Part shown: piece after piece, positions 35,990 through 45,866 of the stretch | Layout of the letters: each line of letters opens with the position of its first letter | Position numbering within the stretch: position 1 is the stretch's first letter | Source of the DNA: Patescibacteria group bacterium | GTDB taxonomy: Bacteria; Patescibacteriota; Microgenomatia; UBA10105; UBA927 | DNA length: 64,000 nt | Direction: 5' to 3' | Assembly: GCA_023379025.1 (NCBI GenBank) | Contig: JAMCTH010000003.1 | Coordinates: forward strand, 103,362-167,361 | Translations under genes and position numbers: made by a program | The notes under the pieces: model-generated | The model's input: the letters and a program-made list of their open reading frames with translations, nothing else | What the model was told of the DNA's origin: nothing | The model's database searches: none

Positions 35990-37252
35990 ATGAAACGAAT
36001 TGCCATGCTTTCTTTCCATACCTGTCCCCTGGCTTCCCAGGAAGGCAAAGAAACCGGCGGCATGAACGTCTATGTCTACGAACTTTCCAAAGAACTCGTA
36101 AAGATTGGATATGCCATAGATGCCTTCACCCGCTGTCAGGAGGAACGGTGTGAAGAAGTCGTAGAAGTGACCCCCGGATTCCGCGTCATACACATCAATG
36201 CCGGCCCCCAGGCGTCCTATCCCAAAAAAGAACTCATGGCACTCCTGCCGGAATTTGTCCGGAATATGGAGGCGTTTCTCTCCCGCGAACAGCTCGAGTA
36301 TGACCTCTTCCATGCACATTATTACCTCTCGGGGCTCGCGGGCATGAGCCTCAGAGAACGTATCCACGCTCCGGCAATACCCATGGCGCTCACCTATCAT
36401 ACCCTCGCGCTTATGAAAAACCTGGTCGCACGGGATGTGATGGAACAGGAAACCCCGGACCGGATCGAAGCGGAAATCCGTCTCTCACAAACGGCCGACG
36501 CCATCCTCGTGCCGAGCAAAAACGACCGGGCGTATCTCGAGTACCTGTACGGATGTCCGACAGATAAACTTGCAATCGTAACCCCCGGCGTCAATACCGC
36601 ACTTTTCCACCCCATACCCAAACCGGAAGCCAAACAGCACATCCATGCAGATCTTGCGCATAAAATAGTGCTTTTCGTCGGACGCATCGAACCGTTAAAA
36701 GGCATAGATACATTGCTTTATGCCATGAAAATCATTAGGGCCAGGCACCGGGATAAAGAGGTGTGCCTTTTTATTGTCGGCGGCGACGTACGCCAGTCCC
36801 CCGATCTCTGGACCGGAGAGCTTAAAAAACTGGAACGCCTGAGGCGGTCGCTTGATCTCGAAACGGTTGTCCGTTTCGTCGGTCAAAAACCCCAGGAGGA
36901 GCTTCCCTACTACTACAATGCCGCGGATGTGGTGACTATGCCGTCCCATTACGAATCGTTCGGCATGTCCGCTCTCGAGGCTATGGCCTGCGGAATTCCG
37001 GTGCTTACCACCAATGTCGCCGGCATTACAAACCTCTGGGAAAAATGGGAGGAAACGCTCGTCGCTTCAGCCAACAATCCCCTTCTTCTCGCCGGTCAGA
37101 TGGAAACCCTCCTGTTTGATGAAAATAAACACCGGGAAATGAGTGAAAAAGTGCTGGAAAAAACCAGAAAGCTCACCTGGCACCATACGGCTCTCCAGGC
37201 CCAGGCAGTATACGAAAAACTGATTCATCCCGAACCTGGCCATGCGGCATAG
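35990..37252 (+). CDS. GT4-family glycosyltransferase, MshA/BshA-like
   Basis: About 420 aa from MKRIAMLSFHTCPLASQEGKETGGMNVYVYELSKEL, the MshA/BshA N-terminal signature. C-terminal GT-B E-x7-E region (ESFGMSALEAMACGIPV). Confidence 0.85.
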   Translation: MKRIAMLSFHTCPLASQEGKETGGMNVYVYELSKELVKIGYAIDAFTRCQEERCEEVVEVTPGFRVIHINAGPQASYPKKELMALLPEFVRNMEAFLSREQLEYDLFHAHYYLSGLAGMSLRERIHAPAIPMALTYHTLALMKNLVARDVMEQETPDRIEAEIRLSQTADAILVPSKNDRAYLEYLYGCPTDKLAIVTPGVNTALFHPIPKPEAKQHIHADLAHKIVLFVGRIEPLKGIDTLLYAMKIIRARHRDKEVCLFIVGGDVRQSPDLWTGELKKLERLRRSLDLETVVRFVGQKPQEELPYYYNAADVVTMPSHYESFGMSALEAMACGIPVLTTNVAGITNLWEKWEETLVASANNPLLLAGQMETLLFDENKHREMSEKVLEKTRKLTWHHTALQAQAVYEKLIHPEPGHAA

Positions 37253-37443
37253 TCCGCGCGGTATGACGGATTTCCTCCGGCGAATGTAGCGGAATCTTAA
37301 AGCCGTTATAAGAGATGACCGATGATACGAACATGAACGCGCTGAGATTAATCCAATTCATGATGCCATTATACCAACGCACCCACCGAAAACGGAGCAG
37401 CATTCAACTCTGCTCCGTTTTCTCCGTATCCCCGCGCAGGGAA

Positions 37444-37875
37444 TTATCTGCCTGCCGAGGGTGTTGCGCCAGCCGGTCCGCGAAATACCGGGTTGATTGA
37501 TACCGACCGGGCAGTAAGACTGCCGTCACTGTTTGCCGTACCGAATACCGCAACCGTATCCCCGACTTTAAGATCCGTCTTTGCCGCTTCGCTGGCCTTG
37601 TTGAAGGTCGTATTGTTGCCAAGGAGTACGATCGTACTGCTTCCGTCACGCATCTCGACCGTTATCGAATTGTCCGTCGTTTTTATGATGTTCCCGTCCA
37701 CCGGACGCATACCGTTTCGCGCACCGGCTCCGAAAGCTCCGCTTGCGCCGCGGAAACTTCCGTTAAGGGAAAAACCGCTCCTTCGCTGTGTCTGTTGGTA
37801 TTTCGTCCCGGCGAAAAAACCGGCTCCCAAACCGACCGCAAGCGCGAGCACTGCCGCTATTGCAGTTTTATTCAT
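37444..37875 (-). CDS. Secreted/anchored protein of unknown function, last gene of the MacAB-like operon
   Basis: About 143 aa from MNKTAIAAVLALAV. Signal/TM anchor, Gly/Ser-rich. Confidence 0.5.
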   Translation of the reverse strand: MNKTAIAAVLALAVGLGAGFFAGTKYQQTQRRSGFSLNGSFRGASGAFGAGARNGMRPVDGNIIKTTDNSITVEMRDGSSTIVLLGNNTTFNKASEAAKTDLKVGDTVAVFGTANSDGSLTARSVSINPVFRGPAGATPSAGR

Positions 37876-37936
37876 ATCCACCTCCTCTCCGTGATGATGC
37901 ACTCATATACGTTGTCATCGTGTAAGCCGCGTTCTG

Positions 37937-39160
37937 TTATTCATACCGTAATGCTTCAATTGGAGACAGCCCCGCGGCTTTTTGCGCCGGATACCAGCCG
38001 AAGAGTATCCCGATACCGCCGGAGACAACGATCGCAAGGACGATCGATGACAGCGACAGGACGAACGGAAGATTGATAATCTTGGCGATGACAAACGACA
38101 GGGCAATCCCCAAAAACATGCCGAACATCCCGCCCATGACCGTCAGGATCACCGACTCCGTCAGAAACTGCGTTATGACGGTCTGCTTTTTGGCGCCAAG
38201 CGCTTTCCTGAGCCCGATTTCCCGGGTCCGCTCCGTCACCGTCACGAGCATGATATTCATAATTCCTATGCCGCCGACAAGAAGTGAGATGGCGGCAATA
38301 CCGGAAAGAAGTGCACTGAACGTACCCGTCACCTGGGTTGCCGCCCCCAATATATCCTGCTGGGACAGAATCTGGAAATCCGCCTGGGCGGGATCGGAAA
38401 TCCTGTGGCGCTGGAGGAGAAGCGTGCCTATCTGATTTTCCGCTTCCGTCATGACGTCGGAAGATTTTGCCTCAACCGAAATGTCGCTCACGTAATCCAC
38501 GCCGAATACCTGCTGCTGAGCCGTCGAAATAGGAATGAATACCATGTCGTCCTGGTTGAAAAATCCGGACCCTCCTTTGGAAACAGGCACGCCTGCCACA
38601 CGGAATGCGATCTTGTTGATCCGTATGCTCTGTCCCACGGGATCGATGCCGTCCCCGAATAAGTCCGTCGCAACCTGCGGACCTATGACGGCAACCTTGG
38701 CAAGGCTGTCGACGTCGCGTTTGGTGATAAACGTGCCTTCTGCCATGGTCATATTGCGGACATCGTCATAGACATCAACCACACCGATGACCTGGGTATT
38801 GGTATTGTTCCTTCCTGCCGTTACCTGCTCCCTCCGGGAAATCTCCGGAGAAACATTCTGAACGGTGGTGATCTGCGGAGAAGACGTGATGGCATTTGCG
38901 TCGGCAATCGTGAGACTCGTCCCGCCTCCGGCCGCGCCGCGGACCGCGCCGCTTCGTTGAGCGCCCGGCAGTACGGTCAAAAGATTTGAACCCAGAGATT
39001 GTATCTGATCGGAAACTGCCTTTTGCCCGGCCTGACCGAGAGACACGAGCGCGATGACGGCACCGATACCGATGACAATACCAAGAGTAGCAAGCGCCGT
39101 ACGCATCTTATTGAGCGTCAGAGCGCCTATAGATTCCGCCAGAAGTTCTCTATATTCCAT
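37937..39160 (-). CDS. ABC transporter permease, MacB/FtsX family
   Basis: 407 aa. N-terminal TM, large periplasmic domain, C-terminal three-TM FtsX-like domain. Confidence 0.88.
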   Translation of the reverse strand: MEYRELLAESIGALTLNKMRTALATLGIVIGIGAVIALVSLGQAGQKAVSDQIQSLGSNLLTVLPGAQRSGAVRGAAGGGTSLTIADANAITSSPQITTVQNVSPEISRREQVTAGRNNTNTQVIGVVDVYDDVRNMTMAEGTFITKRDVDSLAKVAVIGPQVATDLFGDGIDPVGQSIRINKIAFRVAGVPVSKGGSGFFNQDDMVFIPISTAQQQVFGVDYVSDISVEAKSSDVMTEAENQIGTLLLQRHRISDPAQADFQILSQQDILGAATQVTGTFSALLSGIAAISLLVGGIGIMNIMLVTVTERTREIGLRKALGAKKQTVITQFLTESVILTVMGGMFGMFLGIALSFVIAKIINLPFVLSLSSIVLAIVVSGGIGILFGWYPAQKAAGLSPIEALRYE

Positions 39161-39163
39161 ACG

Positions 39164-39880
39164 CTATCCATCCTCCTTGATTTCTTGCAGTTTTACACGG
39201 TTTTGCCTGTTTTTCTTATCCGCAATGATTTTTCCGTCTTTTACCGTGATGATGCGTTTGCTGTGAATGGCTATGTCCGGCTCATGGGTAATCATGACGA
39301 TGGTGTGACCGTCATCATTCAATCTCCGGAATATCGCCATCACCTCTTCCGCCTGCGCGGAAGCGATGTTGCCGGTAGGCTCATCGGCCAGAAGTATGGC
39401 AGGGTTCATGACGAGCGCCCGCGCTATCGCTACCCGTTGCTGCTGCCCGCCGGAAAGCTGATTGGACGTGTGATACAGCCTGTTGCCGAGTCCGACGCGC
39501 GTCAGCATCGCCTTTGCCGTCTCCTCCCGTTTTTCCGCTGCTACCCCGGCATAGATCATCGGAAGCATGACATTCCTTATGGCAGTCGTCCTGGGCAGGA
39601 GGTTAAACGCCTGGAATACAAATCCTATTTTTCGGTTGCGGATATCGGCAAGATCGTCATCTTTAAGTTTTCCGACGTCCTGCCCGTCCAGGATATAGCT
39701 TCCGGAGGTAGGTATGTCCAATGCGCCCAGGATGTGCATAAGCGTGGATTTGCCGGACCCGGAAGGCCCCATAATTGCGACGAATTCTCCCTTATCCACA
39801 TGAAAGGACACGTCGGAAAGCGCCGTTGTTTCAATGGCATCCGTTTTGTAGATTTTTGTAAGATGCGACGCATTGATCAT
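39164..39880 (-). CDS. ABC transporter ATP-binding protein (MacB/LolD-type)
   Basis: About 238 aa from [12 protein letters not shown]. Walker [10 protein letters not shown], signature [15 protein letters not shown], Walker [11 protein letters not shown]. Confidence 0.9.
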   Translation of the reverse strand: MINASHLTKIYKTDAIETTALSDVSFHVDKGEFVAIMGPSGSGKSTLMHILGALDIPTSGSYILDGQDVGKLKDDDLADIRNRKIGFVFQAFNLLPRTTAIRNVMLPMIYAGVAAEKREETAKAMLTRVGLGNRLYHTSNQLSGGQQQRVAIARALVMNPAILLADEPTGNIASAQAEEVMAIFRRLNDDGHTIVMITHEPDIAIHSKRIITVKDGKIIADKKNRQNRVKLQEIKEDG

Positions 39881-39890
39881 ACGGGGAGAG

Positions 39891-41177
39891 TTACCGCCCT
39901 CCGAAACCACCCGGCCTCAATACAGCCCCGCCTCCGCCGCCGAAGCGGAATCCGCCGGAGCTACCGAATGACGTAGACGCGGATGAACCGGCTGCAGTCC
40001 CGGTAACGACTTCCTGACCTTCGGTAAGTCCGGACGTAATCTCCGTTTCGGTATCCGAAGAGAGACCCGTGGTAACCGGTACGGTCTGTTCCTGCCCGTT
40101 GACGAGCACCCGGACCACGGACTCTGTACCCTGGGACTGCACTGCGGTTGACGGGACAAGAAGCGCATTATCTTTGGTTGCGACGATAATGTTTGCCGTT
40201 ACTGACATGTTCGGAAGAAGTTCGTTCATGGGTGCATCAAGTTGTATGGTAGTCGGATAATTCGTAACCCCGGAGGATACAATTCCTGCGCGGTCCACGC
40301 CGACTACGGTAGCCGCAAAGGTCTTCCCGGTCAAAGCATCAGCCGTAATTGTTGTCTGTTGCCCCTGCTTGACGCTGTTGACGTCAATCTCCGCAACATC
40401 GACCGTGACTACCGGATTTGCCGTCGTTACGATACTCATGAGCTGCTGGGACGATATGGTCGTGCTTGACGCTGACTGGGCGTTCGATATGATCATACCG
40501 GTCGTAAACGTCACATCGGCGACCGTCCCGGACATGGGCGCAACAACCGTCGGAGACACCAGCTGATACGCTGCCCATGCATTATTGACGGAAGCCTGAG
40601 TCTGCGCGATGACATTCTGCTGATTCTGATAGGCCGCCTCAGCCGCCATCCAGTCATCGTAGGCCTCAATAAATGCCGGAAGCGTCCTGTTGTCCGCATT
40701 TGGCGTGCCGTCGGCATTTTGGTAGAACGAGCTGGTCGCCAGATCATTATATGTTTTCCATTTGCTGAACATCGTCGACCGGAGGCTATAGGCATTGGTC
40801 TGGGCCGATGCCAGGGAATTTTTTGCGGAGAGGTACGAAGACCATGCCTGATTGGCGCGCTGCTGGCCTGTCTGGTCGAGGGACAGGGTCATGAGCGTCT
40901 GACCTGCAGTCACCGTATCTCCGTCTTTCACCAATATTGCCTTTACCTGCCCCGATGCTTCGGTAGATACGGGAAGCCTCCCGGTTGTCGCAACATTTCC
41001 GGACGCGGTGACCGTTGAAACGATAGGCCCTTGGGTCACCGGTGCGGTAGTATACTGGACGGTGCTTGAGGATTTGAGAACCGTCTGCTTAGCGATAAAA
41101 ACTCCGACTGCCGCGATAAGAACGACGACAAAAATTATACCTTTTTTTGCTTTCATAAATTCTATAAATGATTTCAT
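39891..41177 (-). CDS. HlyD/MacA-family periplasmic adaptor protein with Gly-rich C-terminal tail
   Basis: 428 aa. N-terminal TM, coiled-coil hairpin region, beta-barrel domain, terminal FRFGGGGGAVLRPGGFGGR. Confidence 0.8.
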   Translation of the reverse strand: MKSFIEFMKAKKGIIFVVVLIAAVGVFIAKQTVLKSSSTVQYTTAPVTQGPIVSTVTASGNVATTGRLPVSTEASGQVKAILVKDGDTVTAGQTLMTLSLDQTGQQRANQAWSSYLSAKNSLASAQTNAYSLRSTMFSKWKTYNDLATSSFYQNADGTPNADNRTLPAFIEAYDDWMAAEAAYQNQQNVIAQTQASVNNAWAAYQLVSPTVVAPMSGTVADVTFTTGMIISNAQSASSTTISSQQLMSIVTTANPVVTVDVAEIDVNSVKQGQQTTITADALTGKTFAATVVGVDRAGIVSSGVTNYPTTIQLDAPMNELLPNMSVTANIIVATKDNALLVPSTAVQSQGTESVVRVLVNGQEQTVPVTTGLSSDTETEITSGLTEGQEVVTGTAAGSSASTSFGSSGGFRFGGGGGAVLRPGGFGGR

Positions 41178-41677
41178 ATACCTCCCCGTTCCTCAATAAC
41201 AAGTTTTTGTACTATTTCCCGGTGTATCCGGAGAAGCGTACGGAGATCGCTTGCGGGAACGAGGGAAAACATTTTCCGGAATTTTTCCCTGCGCTTTTCG
41301 GCAAGCCGTACCATTTCCTGTCTGCCTTTGTCCGTAATGGCGATCCGGACGATACGACGGTCGTTTGCATCATTTCTGCGCGCTACAAATCCGCTTTTGG
41401 CAAGCCTGCCGATAAGCTGGGTCATGGATGAGAGCGACATGCGGAAATGCTCCGCAATCTCGCCCATCGAGGCGTTTTTACTCTCCTCGATGTACCGGAG
41501 AACTTCACGCTGCAGTATCGTTGCCACCCGGTCCTCAAGCGAGACGCCGTTTCTTTTGTTGAGAATACGGAAAATCTGGCGCGTTGTCGCCATCAGCTCA
41601 TTGATATCAGACGCCTGCACCGAAGGGCTATTTGTTAACATGATAAATATTTTATGACATAAAGTATTTAATGTCAA
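41174..41677 (-). CDS. MarR-family transcriptional regulator
   Basis: 167 aa. wHTH SMGEIAEHFRMSLSSMTQLIGRLAKSGFVARRNDANDRRIVRIAITDKG. Confidence 0.8.
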   Translation of the reverse strand: MTLNTLCHKIFIMLTNSPSVQASDINELMATTRQIFRILNKRNGVSLEDRVATILQREVLRYIEESKNASMGEIAEHFRMSLSSMTQLIGRLAKSGFVARRNDANDRRIVRIAITDKGRQEMVRLAEKRREKFRKMFSLVPASDLRTLLRIHREIVQKLVIEERGGI

Positions 41678-41750
41678 GTATTCCTACGGCAATCCTCATT
41701 CTTGCATACTATTTGTAATCTATGTTACATTTCTAGTAAGGAGGCAAATT

Positions 41751-42212
41751 ATGAAAAATGCCGGAATGTGGATACTTCTTATCGCGGTCGTTGTCCTTGC
41801 GGGATATGCGGGAATGAAACTCCTCCCCAAAACCCAAAAGACAACTCCGGTCTCTCAGGCTCAGCCAATGCCTTCCGGCACACCCGGAGCCATGTCTCAT
41901 ACCCTCTTCAAAATGATGCAGAACGGGACGCTCGGCAGGTACATGACTGATGAGCGCGGAATGACGCTCTATACATATGATAAAGACACCCCGGGTACAA
42001 GTACCTGCACCGGGTCATGTCTCACGAAATGGCCTGCTTTCAGTGCGACGGAGACGACGAACCTGCCGGCAAACCTGTCGGTCATCACCCGTCCGGACGG
42101 AACCAAACAATATGCCTGGATGGGAAAGCCGCTCTACTACTGGCAGGGAGATAAAGCGCCGGGAGATACGACCGGAAACGGCATCGGCGGGGTCTGGCAC
42201 ATCGTAAAATAG
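41751..42212 (+). CDS. Secreted-repeat lipoprotein (two copies of the YT.DKDT..S.C.G.C...WP module)
   Basis: 153 aa. SD AAGGAGG upstream, signal peptide, MTLYTYDKDTPGTSTCTGSCLTKWPAF then a second KPLYYWQGDK module. Confidence 0.65.
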   Translation: MKNAGMWILLIAVVVLAGYAGMKLLPKTQKTTPVSQAQPMPSGTPGAMSHTLFKMMQNGTLGRYMTDERGMTLYTYDKDTPGTSTCTGSCLTKWPAFSATETTNLPANLSVITRPDGTKQYAWMGKPLYYWQGDKAPGDTTGNGIGGVWHIVK

Positions 42213-42352
42213 ATTTTCAGGAATCGGATTAGAATACACAGTAAATCCTGACTCAAGGGGCAGACGTTCTCTCAGGTGTGTTGGTAAAAGCCATTACTAC
42301 TGAGGCTTGTTAATCGAAAATTTTATCCCACAGATCCCCGACCCTGACAACA

Positions 42353-43021
42353 TTACTGTTCCGAAATAGCTACAGACTTCACCGTCACGGGAGAGACCGG
42401 TTTGGACTGCTCCCCCGTACCGGGACTCCCCTCCGTCGGAGCATCGGCAATCGCATCTACCACATCCATGCCGCTCGTCACATGCCCGAAGATGACGTAG
42501 TTATGCGGCAGCGGAGTATCCTCCTGAACGATAAAAAACTGGCTGCCGTTCGTATTCGGACCGGCATTTGCCATGGCGACTGTCCCACGCGTATATGACC
42601 CTTCAAACGGTTCGTCAGGGAACGTATACCCGGGCCCGCCGGTGCCGTTTCCGTCGGGATCACCGCCCTGGATCATAAATCCCTTGATCACCCGGTGAAA
42701 TATCGTATTGTTATAGAAATTTTTCCGGGCAAGAACCACAAAGTTGTTGACCGTGACGGGAGTCGCTCCGGCAGTGAGGGCGACGGTTATATCCCCATCC
42801 GTCGTATGGATAACGGCGGTATATTGTTTGGTTTTGTCTATTTCCATAGCTGGCGGTCCTTTCTCAACCGGCATCGCGGTTGGTGTAATTAATAGATCCT
42901 TTGTCTGTGGCGATTCATTTTTTTCCCCAGGAGATACCGGTTTCGAATTCGTGAAAAGTATTATACCAAAAGCTGCAGCTATAACTATCAACGTACCGAT
43001 AATCTTAAACACCATAGACAA
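42353..43021 (-). CDS. Cyclophilin-type peptidyl-prolyl cis-trans isomerase, membrane-anchored
   Basis: 222 aa. FHRVIKGFMIQGGDP and NGSQFFI cyclophilin signatures after an N-terminal TM. Confidence 0.9.
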   Translation of the reverse strand: MSMVFKIIGTLIVIAAAFGIILFTNSKPVSPGEKNESPQTKDLLITPTAMPVEKGPPAMEIDKTKQYTAVIHTTDGDITVALTAGATPVTVNNFVVLARKNFYNNTIFHRVIKGFMIQGGDPDGNGTGGPGYTFPDEPFEGSYTRGTVAMANAGPNTNGSQFFIVQEDTPLPHNYVIFGHVTSGMDVVDAIADAPTEGSPGTGEQSKPVSPVTVKSVAISEQ

Positions 43022-43034
43022 ATATTATCATATT

Positions 43035-44054
43035 TTAGTCTAAATATTTTTGAATATTTTCCAGGTGTTCCGCGTACGTTGCGGCACAGTGGATTTCCCG
43101 GTTATGGTCGTGGAGATAAAACAGACAGTCCGTTTCCCGGGGATCGAGTGCTGCCATAATCGCAGACATACCGGGACTCGCGATCGGTGTCGGCGGCAAA
43201 CCGGTATGGAGATAGGTATTGTACGGGGAATCGCGTTTGAGGTCAGCTACGTTTACCGGCCTCCACCATCCGCCGTCCGTTTTCCCTTCTATATATTGGA
43301 TTGTGGCATCAATCTGAAGCGGCATCCCGCGGTCAAGTCGGTTCCAGATTATGCCGGATATAAGCGGCATATCGGTCGTTCCTGCTGCTTCCCGTTGTAT
43401 GAGGGAAGCGATTTTTAACCCGGTTGTCCACTTGATATTTTTTTCGGCAAACTTCGGCAGAACATCAGCTGTTTTTTCGTTAAAGCGGGCAATCATCCGA
43501 TCTGCGATCTCCTTCGGGGAACCGTTTCTCGGCAGGAGATAGGTATCCGGGAAATAGACTCCCTCACGGTATTCCGTCTTTGTCGCCGTATATAGTGAAT
43601 TCCATGCGTGTAATCCGTCCTCAGACCAGCCGAGAACGCTTCTTACCGCCTCTCCGATCTGTTCCCTGCGGAGTCCTTCCCGCACGGTGACCCAGAGGTA
43701 ATCCGGTTTGGAAGCCGTAAGTTTTTGTATGATTTCCCAGGTATTCATATGACTATCCAGAGTATATCCCCCGGAGGCAATATCCCGGTGATCCGCGTAC
43801 ATTTCGTAAAGAAACCGGAATGCATCCGCATGGCGGATATAGCGCTCTTTCTCAAGAGCTGCTGCCGCATCAAAGCCTAACCGGTATTGGGGGACAACAA
43901 AAAGCCCCGGTTTGGTGACGGAAGAAACGGGTCCGATTTCCCGCCACACATATAGGGCCGCTGATCCGATCAGGATACAGGACGCGAAGATCACTCCGAA
44001 CAACAATCTTTTGACCATAGCGGCAGCATACCATGATGCGCGGACCGTGAACAT
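43035..44054 (-). CDS. mltG: Endolytic murein transglycosylase MltG (YceG-like)
   Basis: 339 aa. N-terminal TM, YceG-like domain with the conserved region and catalytic Glu context. Confidence 0.8.
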   Translation of the reverse strand: MFTVRASWYAAAMVKRLLFGVIFASCILIGSAALYVWREIGPVSSVTKPGLFVVPQYRLGFDAAAALEKERYIRHADAFRFLYEMYADHRDIASGGYTLDSHMNTWEIIQKLTASKPDYLWVTVREGLRREQIGEAVRSVLGWSEDGLHAWNSLYTATKTEYREGVYFPDTYLLPRNGSPKEIADRMIARFNEKTADVLPKFAEKNIKWTTGLKIASLIQREAAGTTDMPLISGIIWNRLDRGMPLQIDATIQYIEGKTDGGWWRPVNVADLKRDSPYNTYLHTGLPPTPIASPGMSAIMAALDPRETDCLFYLHDHNREIHCAATYAEHLENIQKYLD

Positions 44055-44095
44055 ACCGCCCGCTGCTACCTATAGTATGCTATACTGTCGGTGCT

Positions 44096-44338
44096 GTGGA
44101 TGACATACTGACGATAGCGGAAGCAGCAGAATATCTTCACAAACACGCCGATACCCTCCGACGGTGGGTGCATAACCAGCGGTTACCTGCCAAAAAAATA
44201 GCTGCGGGAGGTAGCGGGGTATGGGTCATTCTTAAAACCGACCTCCTCGAATGCGCACTTAGTCTCTCAAAACGAAACCGAACAAAAGAACTCCTTCACC
44301 CGAAACGGCATACCGCTCAGAGAATGCTTCCGATCTGA
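44096..44338 (+). CDS. Excisionase-family helix-turn-helix protein
   Basis: 80 aa. LTIAEAAEYLHKHADTLRRWVHNQRLPAKKIA matches the excisionase/MerR-like DNA-binding domain. Confidence 0.5.
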   Translation: MDDILTIAEAAEYLHKHADTLRRWVHNQRLPAKKIAAGGSGVWVILKTDLLECALSLSKRNRTKELLHPKRHTAQRMLPI

Positions 44339-44350
44339 CATATTTTCTGG

Positions 44351-44560
44351 ATGAAATTCCGCAACGAAACCCATATCTGCGGCCTTGATGAAGCGGGACG
44401 CGGCGCCTTGGCAGGTCCGTTGGTCGCCGCAGGCGTACTTTGGCCTTGGAAAACGCTTGAGGCGATTTCCCGGAACGTAGGATTCCGTGTACGGGACTCC
44501 AAACTGCTCACGGCGGCACTCAGGAAGCGGCCATCGCATTCTTTCTCTCTTTTTTCCTGA
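44351..44560 (+). pseudogene. rnhB: N-terminal fragment of RNase HII
   Basis: 69 aa. ICGLDEAGRGALAGPLVAAGVL is the RNase HII start including the first DEDD Asp/Glu. The ORF stops after about 65 residues and the downstream sequence is occupied by opposite-strand genes. Confidence 0.5.
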
Positions 44561-44798
44561 GCATGATATTCCGGAGATATATAAAAAGCGCCAGGAATTG
44601 TCCGCTGATAAACACCGGGTCCCTGCGCTCCAGGGCATAGATCAGAATCATAACCGAACCGACAATGCTCAGATACCAGAAGCTCATGGGAACGATGCTC
44701 TTTTTTTCTTTTTCGGAAACGATCCACTGCACGACAAACCGGAGGAAAAATACCCCCTGGGCGAGAAATCCAAATACTACCCACGCATCAAGCTTCAT
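44520..44798 (-). CDS. Small membrane protein of the lipid-A-disaccharide-synthase N-terminal-like (LAB_N) family, GT2 partner
   Basis: 92 aa, three TM helices. Immediately downstream of the GT2 polyprenyl-phosphate glycosyltransferase, as is typical for this pair. Confidence 0.55.
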   Translation of the reverse strand: MKLDAWVVFGFLAQGVFFLRFVVQWIVSEKEKKSIVPMSFWYLSIVGSVMILIYALERRDPVFISGQFLALFIYLRNIMLRKKERKNAMAAS

Positions 44799-44800
44799 AA

Positions 44801-45733
44801 TTATTCGATAATCTCCCGGATGGGGTGCTGCTCCCGGCGGATATTTCTGCTCGTGACCAGTTCCCCGAGAAGCCCCGTGGAAAACAATTGTATGCCAAAC
44901 AGGATGAGAAGTATGCCGAGAAACAGAAGCGGTCTCCGGCCTATCGATTGCCCCAAAAAGTGTAGCCCGGAAAGATACAGAAGGACGAAGGTGCCGAGCA
45001 GGATGCAGATCATCCCGATCCTGCCGAAAAGCTGTAACGGCCGGTTTTTGAAGGCGATGATGAATGCCGTCGTAAAAAGATCAAAAAAAGCATGTACGAT
45101 TCGTCCTGACCCGAACTTGGACGTGCTGTATTTTCTCGCGTGATGCACGACGGGCATTTCCGTAACACGGAACCCCTTTGCCGCAGACAGAACCGGAATA
45201 AACCTGTGAAGCTCGCCATACAGCTGTATTTCCTCGGCTACTTCACGCCGCATGACTTTAAGCCCGCAGTTCATATCGTGAAGGCCGACGCCGCCGACGC
45301 GCCGAACGACCGCGTTAAATATCCGCGAAAGCAGGATTTTCTTTTTCGGATCCTGGCGGTTCACCCGCCATCCGACAATGAGGTCGTACCCTTTCTCAAG
45401 AAGCGCGATCATCTTGGGGATTTCCGCCGGATCATCCTGAAGATCCGCATCCATGGTGGCAATGATATCTCCCCCGGCAACCTGAAAGCCCGCGGCAAGT
45501 GCCGTGGATTTGCCGGTATTTTTCCTCATACGGATGATACGGAAGCGCGATTTTGCGCGCTTTTTAAGCCGGATGAGTTCCTCAAACGATCCGTCGGTCG
45601 AGCCGTCATCTACCCAGACATACTCAAAACCGGGTCCGGAACGCAGTGCCGGCTCGATCGCATCGACGAGAGGGCGAAGGCTTTCCTCCTCGTTATAAAC
45701 GGCAATGACGAGACTGATGCGCGGTTTCTGCAT
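44801..45733 (-). CDS. GT2 polyprenyl-phosphate glycosyltransferase (DPM1/ArnC/GtrB-like)
   Basis: About 310 aa from MQKPRISLVIAVYNEEESL. VWVDDGSTD and MDADLQDDP DxD motifs. Two C-terminal TM helices. Confidence 0.88.
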   Translation of the reverse strand: MQKPRISLVIAVYNEEESLRPLVDAIEPALRSGPGFEYVWVDDGSTDGSFEELIRLKKRAKSRFRIIRMRKNTGKSTALAAGFQVAGGDIIATMDADLQDDPAEIPKMIALLEKGYDLIVGWRVNRQDPKKKILLSRIFNAVVRRVGGVGLHDMNCGLKVMRREVAEEIQLYGELHRFIPVLSAAKGFRVTEMPVVHHARKYSTSKFGSGRIVHAFFDLFTTAFIIAFKNRPLQLFGRIGMICILLGTFVLLYLSGLHFLGQSIGRRPLLFLGILLILFGIQLFSTGLLGELVTSRNIRREQHPIREIIE

Positions 45734-45866
45734 ACGGATAACGGCATAATGATACACGAAACCGTCCCGGACACAAAACGTAGCGATAAACCTATCGGGA
45801 TGACCGGACTCTGTACAACATTCTCAAAACTCCGTAAGATGGTGCCTGTACGGCATACGCCACAGC

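Noticed and set aside
38999-39976. 325 aa plus-strand ORF
   Set aside because: Antisense to the ABC ATPase and permease genes.
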